The position numbers were made by a program, and so were the translations under genes. The notes beneath the pieces are model-generated. The model searched no databases and had not been told where the DNA came from. It was given only the letters and a program-made list of their open reading frames with translations. A DNA stretch of 64,000 nt from an uncultured bacterium (lineage in GTDB: Bacteria; Krumholzibacteriota; Krumholzibacteriia; JACNKJ01), in NCBI GenBank assembly GCA_963695095.1, contig CAVOFT010000001.1, forward strand, positions 2,080,001-2,144,000, read 5' to 3'. Positions 58,421-64,000 of this stretch are shown here, in pieces (positions within the stretch are counted from its first letter, which is position 1; every line of letters starts with the position of its first letter).

Positions 58421-59619
58421 TCGCCGGCTGACCCTGGCGCCGCCGGCGCTGCCGGCGGCGCGAAGGTCAACTCCCCCATCACCAGCGTCAGGCCCGGGGT
58501 CGCCGCGTACTGCTCCCACTCAGGCCGGCTGTCCCGCAGGCAGCAGACCAGCCGATAGCGCCGCTCGCCCGCCGCCGGCGGCGGCTCCAGGCGAACGCTC
58601 TCGTCCAGGGTCCACATCTCCGTCGCGTCGCCGTCGTCGTCGCGGAAGAGCGGGTAGGGATCCCGGGGATCGTCCATGGCCACGTAGTACCAGCGGTAGC
58701 TGCTCTGTTCGGCGAAGAGCTGCTCGCCCGAGTAGGGCGAGGTGTAGAACTGCCGCTGCGCCGCCAGCGTGACGTAATAGGTCCAATCGGCGCGCTGCGT
58801 CACGCGCAGGGCGGGCAGGCTCTCCCCGCTCGCGAAGGGGAAGTGGAGCAGCTCGTCCTCGTAGAGCAGGCGGTCCGCGAAGGCCACATCGGGATGGGGA
58901 ATGGCCAGGATTTCGAAGTCCTCGTAGTCCGGATTGCGGTTGGCATTGGGACTGCCCAGGCGGCCGCTGTGGCGAACGGTGAGGCTGCGGGTCACCTCGA
59001 CGTAGAGCTCGCTCGCGACGGCCGCGCGGAAGCGGATGCGGCTGGCGAAACGATCGGCGAGTCCCCACACGGCGGCCTGCCGATCGGCGGGCAGGGCGGC
59101 CAGGTCGGCGGCCGTGAGCGCCGCCAGGTAGGCGGCCACCGTCGCCTTGGCCGGCGGCAAGGGCGTGCCGGCCGGCAGCTGCGCCGCCGCCAGTGCCACC
59201 ATCGCCGGATCGTCCAGGGGATCGCTGAGCGCGCTCGCCCACAGCAGCGCGGAATCCGGCACCACAAAGCGGAACTGCTGGCTGAGGAAACCCTCGCCCT
59301 CGTCCACGGGCGCCGGCGGCGCCAGCGGGACGAGCCGGCGCTCGATCACCTCCGCGCCATAGGGGCCGACCGTGTAGTCGAGCGCCACGCGCCAGTCGAC
59401 GCTCAGCGCCGCCGGATCGGGCGTGTAGAGCAGGAGCGTCACGAGCACCGTGTCGCCCGGCGCCGCCTCGGGCGGCTCGCAGAGGATGGCCAGGGGCCGC
59501 GTCTTGTCTTCCAGGCCCAGGTGCATCTCGATGTCGTTGAAGGCCTCGCCGCAGGCGGCGGCGAGCAAGAGCCCGGGCAGCAGCAGTCGCCAGGCGCAGC
59601 GGGGCAGGCAGATCGACAT
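58417..59619 (-). CDS. Lipoprotein associated with the TonB-dependent receptor
   Basis: Lipobox LAAAC and RPLAILCEPPEAAPG; directly downstream of the receptor. Confidence 0.75.
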   Translation of the reverse strand: MSICLPRCAWRLLLPGLLLAAACGEAFNDIEMHLGLEDKTRPLAILCEPPEAAPGDTVLVTLLLYTPDPAALSVDWRVALDYTVGPYGAEVIERRLVPLAPPAPVDEGEGFLSQQFRFVVPDSALLWASALSDPLDDPAMVALAAAQLPAGTPLPPAKATVAAYLAALTAADLAALPADRQAAVWGLADRFASRIRFRAAVASELYVEVTRSLTVRHSGRLGSPNANRNPDYEDFEILAIPHPDVAFADRLLYEDELLHFPFASGESLPALRVTQRADWTYYVTLAAQRQFYTSPYSGEQLFAEQSSYRWYYVAMDDPRDPYPLFRDDDGDATEMWTLDESVRLEPPPAAGERRYRLVCCLRDSRPEWEQYAATPGLTLVMGELTFAPPAAPAAPGSAGD

Positions 59620-59630
59620 GGCGCCGCCTC

Positions 59631-62343
59631 CTAGAATTCCACGCGGCAGCCCAGGGCCGGCAGGATGATCCAGCCGTACTCGCGCCGCTCGGAGAAGTCG
59701 TAGTTGTAGTAGAAGCCCTCGGGGCTGTTGTAGACGAAGTAGTTCAGGTTCTGCACGTCCAGGTAGACCGTCCACTCCGCCCGGCGACTCACGAACTGCC
59801 TGTCCACCCGCAGATCGCAGCGGAAGTAGGGCCACATGCGGTCCGAGAGGTAGTCGCCCCGCACCTGCTGGTAGTCGCCGCTGTCCGCATCGAACTCGAA
59901 CTCGCCGGCGTCGAGACTCCGCAGCGGCGTCACCGGATTCCCGGACACGAACTGCAGGCGCAGGCCCGTCGACCAGCGGTCGCCCAGGCGCCAGGAGCCG
60001 ACGGCCTCGATGTGATGCGTCTGGTCGAGCGTGAAGGGCACCCAGCGCGCGGGATCCCAGGCGGCCGCGCTGCCGGGCGAATTGTCGAAGCCTGGATCCT
60101 GGTCGACGTCCCGGGGCCGGCGCGGGAAGCGGCGCTCGCTGCGCGAGAGCGAATAGGCCAGCCAGCCGAAGAAGCGCTCGCCCACCTCGCGCCGCAGCAT
60201 GAACTCGAGGCCGCCCATGCGGCCCTCGCCCTCGGCGACGTAGTTGAGCTCCAGGCTGTCGGTGAGCAGGGGGATCTGCCGCTGGGTGTTGTAGTAGGCC
60301 TCCACCTTCAGCGAGAGGGCGTCGCTCAGGCGCCATTCGTCGCCCAGCGTGAGGTGCGTGGCCAGGGTCGGCGGCAGCTGCGGGTTGCCGTAGACGGGAT
60401 CGGTCGACTGGTCCAGCGGCTGCGGGGACTGGTTGTAGCTGCCGGCGGCCGCGGTCAGCGTGTGCGCGTTGCCGAGCCGGGCGCGGGCGCTCAGGCGCAA
60501 GCCGGTTTCGCTCGCGCCGAGATGGCGGTAGTCGTCATGGCGCAGACCCGGCGTCAGCTCCAGCCAGGCGGTCGGTCGCCATTCCAGGATGCCGAACAGG
60601 CCCAGCGCCGAGCTGCCCTTGTCCTGGGCCGAGGCCGGCCAGCCCAGGGCGCGCACCCGGTAGCTGATCGGGCACATCGGTGAAGTCGAGCCCCAGCCGA
60701 GCCCCGAGGGCGGGGCTGAGCTGCAGGGAGAGCTCGTCGCGGAGCTTGGTGTAGGGCCCGCTGAGCTCGAAGTCGTAGTAGCCGAAGACGTGGCCCGACT
60801 CGGCCGACTGGCCCCAGGCTGCCCGCAGCTCGTTGCCCACGCGCTCGCCGAAGCGCGCGTCGTAACCCAGGATGAAGCGGCTGAACTGCAGGTCCAGATC
60901 GATGGCGTTCGTGGCCAGATTCACCTCGGGCGAGCCGCGCTCGTCCTCGGGGAAGATCAGCTCCATGCGGTCCTTCGCGGCGAAGGCCGTCAGGAAGAGG
61001 CGATCCGCCGGCCGCGGCCGCCAGTCCAGGCGCGCCACGACGTCCCAGTAGTAGGGCGCGAGCGTGAGCTCGAGATTCTCCTGCCCGGCGAGCGCGGCGC
61101 GCAGGATCTCGCCGGCGAAGCTGCGCCGCGCCGTGAAGAGCAGACCGCTGCGTTCGCCCAGCGGCCCCTCGACGTGCACGGAGGCGTCCAGGGCACTGGC
61201 GTCGACGATGCGGCGCCAGCCCTCGCTGCGGGCGGGTCGGCCGCGCAGCTCGACGACGCCGCCCACGCAGCCGCCGAAGCGCGCGCCGTAGCCGCCCGGG
61301 TAGAGGTCGACGCTGCCCAGCGCCAGGCTGTTGTAGGTGGACTTCACGCCGCCGTAGTGGAAGAGCAGCGGAATGTCGACGCCGTCCAGGATGAAGCGGC
61401 TGTCGCCGCCGCCCGCGCCGCGCACGACGATGGCGCCCGGATCGGTGAGCAGCGGCCGCGCGATGCCCGGCAGGGCCTGCACGCTGCGCACGACGTCGCC
61501 GCCGAAGCCCGGCATCCGCTCGACCTCGACCACCGAGAGGCGCTGGCGCGTGACCTCTCGCGGCGCGGCCTCGCCGTAGACGACGAGCTCGTAGTCAGGC
61601 TCGGCCTCCGCCGCCGCCCTGGGCATCAGCCAGAACTCGCCCACGGAACGCCCCGCAAGCCCGATGCGGGTGCCCGCGCGCAGGGTGTCGAAGCCGCTGG
61701 CGATGATGTCGAGCTGCAGGTCCCCGGGCGGCAGCAGCCGGAAGGCGAACTGGCCGCTGGAGTCGGCGCGGGTGATCAGGGTCTCCCCCGCTCGCCACTG
61801 GCCGGCGCAGGCGCCGAGCCGATCGAGGTAGAGCCGCCAGGGCAGCGGGAGCAGGCTGTCCGCAGGCGCGGCCGGGAAACTGGCCAGGACGCGCGCGCCG
61901 GGCACGGGCTCGCCGCTGCCCGTCGCGCGCAGCCGGCCCGTCAGCTTGATGGGCTCGGGCAGACGCAACGCCTCCTCCCAGAGCGAGAAGCGATAGCGGT
62001 AGCTGAGCAGGACGGCCACGGCCTCCCCGCCCACCCGCGCCGGCGAGAAGCGCCAGTGCGCGGCCGCGCGCGCCGCCGCGCTGTCGCAGGCGGCTGACAA
62101 GGACTCGAGCACGCGCACGGAATCGACCCCGCCTGCCTCGTTCACGAGCAGCTCCAGGAGCACCTCGCCCTCACGCCCGGCGCGCAACTCGGCGGCCGGG
62201 TAGACGGCGGGCGCGGCTTCCAGCAGGACGGGCAGCTGCTCCGGCTCGCCTGCCGACGCCGCATCCGCCCGCCCCGCCGGCGGGCGCCAGCAGGCGAGCG
62301 CGAGGAGCAGGCAGAGCGGCAGCCAGGACCGGCGGCGACTCAT
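59631..62343 (-). CDS. TonB-dependent receptor with an N-terminal TonB C-terminal domain and a Cna-B-like domain; apparent +1 frameshift near 60672
   Basis: YP....AG.EG.V.L...V...G.V...W.FSPA (TonB_C); plug PG..GDV.R.VQ.LPG, RG, YPGGYGARFG. The barrel continues in the next frame and ends LG.RVEF. Confidence 0.88.
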
Positions 62344-63116
62344 TCCTGGAACTCGAAGCGGATGGAGAGGCGGATCGAGTCCGGCACCGGCAGCCCGCCC
62401 TGCCGGGCCGGCTCGAAGCGGAACTCGCGGCAGGCCGCGCTCGCCAGCTCAGCCGAGTCGTAGCCGATGTCCTGGAGCACCTCGACGGTCTCCACGGCGC
62501 CGCTCGCGCCGACGAGGAGGCGCAACCGGACCACGCCGCTCACGCGGGCGGCCAGCATCGCCGCCGAGTAGCGCGGCTGGACCTGGTGGACGAGGACGGG
62601 CTTGCTCGTCACCGGCGCTTCGGCGCCGCCGCCACCGCTCCCGGCGAGGTCGGCGGCGGTCGCGCTCAGGCTGTCCGGGGGACCCGTCAGCGTGTTGCCG
62701 CGCTTCGTCAGGAGCGCACCCGCGCCGGCGCCCAGTCCCTGGGCATAGACCTGGCGCACGCCGTAGACCCGGCGAGGCGGCGCCTGCTCGGCCGTCGGCG
62801 CCGCGCCAGGCGCTTCGACAGGGGCGGTCGCCCGGCGGCGCTGCCGGGCCGGCCGGGGCGTTGCGGCCAGAGCGGGCACGCTCGCGGGCGGTCGCGGCAG
62901 CGACACCCAGCGGAAGGGCGCCGGCGTCGCCGCGGCTGCCGGCGGCGGCGGCGCGGGGGGCTCGATGGCGGCCAGCACGGCGCCCAGCCCAAGGGCGCCC
63001 AGCACCGAGACGAGGAGCAGGCGATGGAATCGCCCCTCGCTCGGGGGCAGGAGCACGGGTGAGTCCGCGGCATAGTCCGCCAGCAGCCGCCGGCGCCGCT
63101 CGCCGGCCTCGCTCAT
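62340..63116 (-). CDS. tonB: Energy transducer TonB
   Basis: Single TM, Pro-rich linker and C-terminal P.Y...M..ARVSG.V.L.LLV...G.V...FRFEPA. Confidence 0.85.
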   Translation of the reverse strand: MSEAGERRRRLLADYAADSPVLLPPSEGRFHRLLLVSVLGALGLGAVLAAIEPPAPPPPAAAATPAPFRWVSLPRPPASVPALAATPRPARQRRRATAPVEAPGAAPTAEQAPPRRVYGVRQVYAQGLGAGAGALLTKRGNTLTGPPDSLSATAADLAGSGGGGAEAPVTSKPVLVHQVQPRYSAAMLAARVSGVVRLRLLVGASGAVETVEVLQDIGYDSAELASAACREFRFEPARQGGLPVPDSIRLSIRFEFQE

Positions 63117-63586
63117 GGCGCTTCCTCGCGCGTCTGGACCAGGAGCGCGAAATCGGCGACGCCGCTCGCGCTGCAGGTGTGGATGACCCGCTTGAGCAGG
63201 CCGAAGTCGAGATCCCGGTCGCACTGAAGCGTGACCCGCGTCAGCGGCGCGCTGGCAGCCGCACTGCGCAGCGCAACAGCCAAGGGAGCGATGAGCAGCG
63301 AGTCGCCGGCGGCGGCGGCCGCGAGGGCGAGCACCGGGCGGCCGTCGATGCTGATCTCGCGGGGACCGATCTCGATGGAGAGCGCCGGCCGCGCCCGCAG
63401 TCGGCTCGTGGAGTCCGGCAGGCGCAGCGAGCTGGCGCTGCCCGCCAGCTCACCCTGCACGGAGAAATTCACGAGCAGGAAGACGACGAGAATCGTCATC
63501 ATGTCCACCAGCGAGGTGAGCTGCGGGCGCGCCTCGCCGGCGGCGAGCGGGCGCGATAGCGAAGGCGGTCCCAGCCGGAGCTTCAT
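63113..63586 (-). CDS. exbD: ExbD/TolR-family protein
   Basis: LTSLVDMMTILVVFLL, LPDS and L.CD....FG..KRV..T. Confidence 0.9.
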   Translation of the reverse strand: MKLRLGPPSLSRPLAAGEARPQLTSLVDMMTILVVFLLVNFSVQGELAGSASSLRLPDSTSRLRARPALSIEIGPREISIDGRPVLALAAAAAGDSLLIAPLAVALRSAAASAPLTRVTLQCDRDLDFGLLKRVIHTCSASGVADFALLVQTREEAP

Positions 63587-63999
63587 GGCCGCAGCCCGGG
63601 CCCGGGACCGTCGGCGGCCAGGCCGACTTCGGTGAACCCGGCCGCGCGGCAGCAGTCGAGGGTCGCAACGATGTCGGCGCAGCGCACCGGATCGGCCACC
63701 GCGACGAGGACGCGTCCGGGTGCGGCGCCGCTCGCGCGCGCGGCCGCGAGCGCGGCGCCGAGCTCGGCCAGGTCGGCCGCGCCCGCGCGCAGGGGCAGGC
63801 GCGCGAGCAGGGCGTCGCCCGCCATCAGCGCGACCTCCTCGACGCCGAGCAGCACGGTCAGGCTCGGCGCTTCCGCGCCCTGGGCCTGGGTGGCCGGCGC
63901 GGCGGCGGGCAGCGCAAAGGTCTGGACCGCGAGATGGGAGAAGGCCGCCATGCTCACGAGAAAGGGAATGAGGATCGTGAACATGTTCAGCACGGGGAT
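63583..63999 (-). CDS. Second ExbD/TolR-family protein, 5'-truncated by the window
   Basis: IPVLNMFTILIPFLV...LP and DIVATLD..R.AGF.EV. The frame is open to the window end. Confidence 0.8.
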   Translation of the reverse strand: MPVLNMFTILIPFLVSMAAFSHLAVQTFALPAAAPATQAQGAEAPSLTVLLGVEEVALMAGDALLARLPLRAGAADLAELGAALAAARASGAAPGRVLVAVADPVRCADIVATLDCCRAAGFTEVGLAADGPGPGLRP

Positions 64000-64000
64000 G

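Overview
High-GC bacterial chromosomal DNA, densely coding and mostly on the minus strand. A PorV-like barrel next to a protein with an FlgD-Ig C-terminal domain, LPS genes and TonB systems point to a diderm, probably an FCB-superphylum candidate lineage (inference). Contents in order: a giant Cna-B/carboxypeptidase-regulatory-repeat surface protein and a PorV-like gene; yigZ; two secreted hydrolase-fold proteins and a lipoprotein; the yceD-rpmF-plsX-fabH-fabD-fabG-acpP-fabF-rnc-HNH operon; hldE-sucC-sucD-ndk; dprA and a lipid A acyltransferase; aroC-aroK-rsmD-coaD-aminotransferase-obgE-epimerase; a near-complete Myxococcus/Geobacter-style type IVa pilus locus (pilB T C S R, two pilins, an ABC transporter with TPR partner, pilM N O P Q; no pilD in the window); an SgmX-like TPR protein, a PHP hydrolase, an ECF S-component and an outer-membrane barrel; hutU-hutI; dinG; dsbD-trxA; and an ExbD-ExbD-TonB-(TonB::receptor fusion)-lipoprotein cluster. 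Read directly from the DNA: five well-formed sigma54 (-24/-12) boxes in front of pilM, the pilus ABC ATPase, pilA, pilB and the SgmX-like gene; probable non-canonical start codons for rnc (ATC) and dprA (CTG); and six +1 frameshifts in five genes, probably sequencing errors. I found no rRNA, tRNA, CRISPR array, integrase or transposase. All assignments come from motif recognition by eye; no database searches were run.
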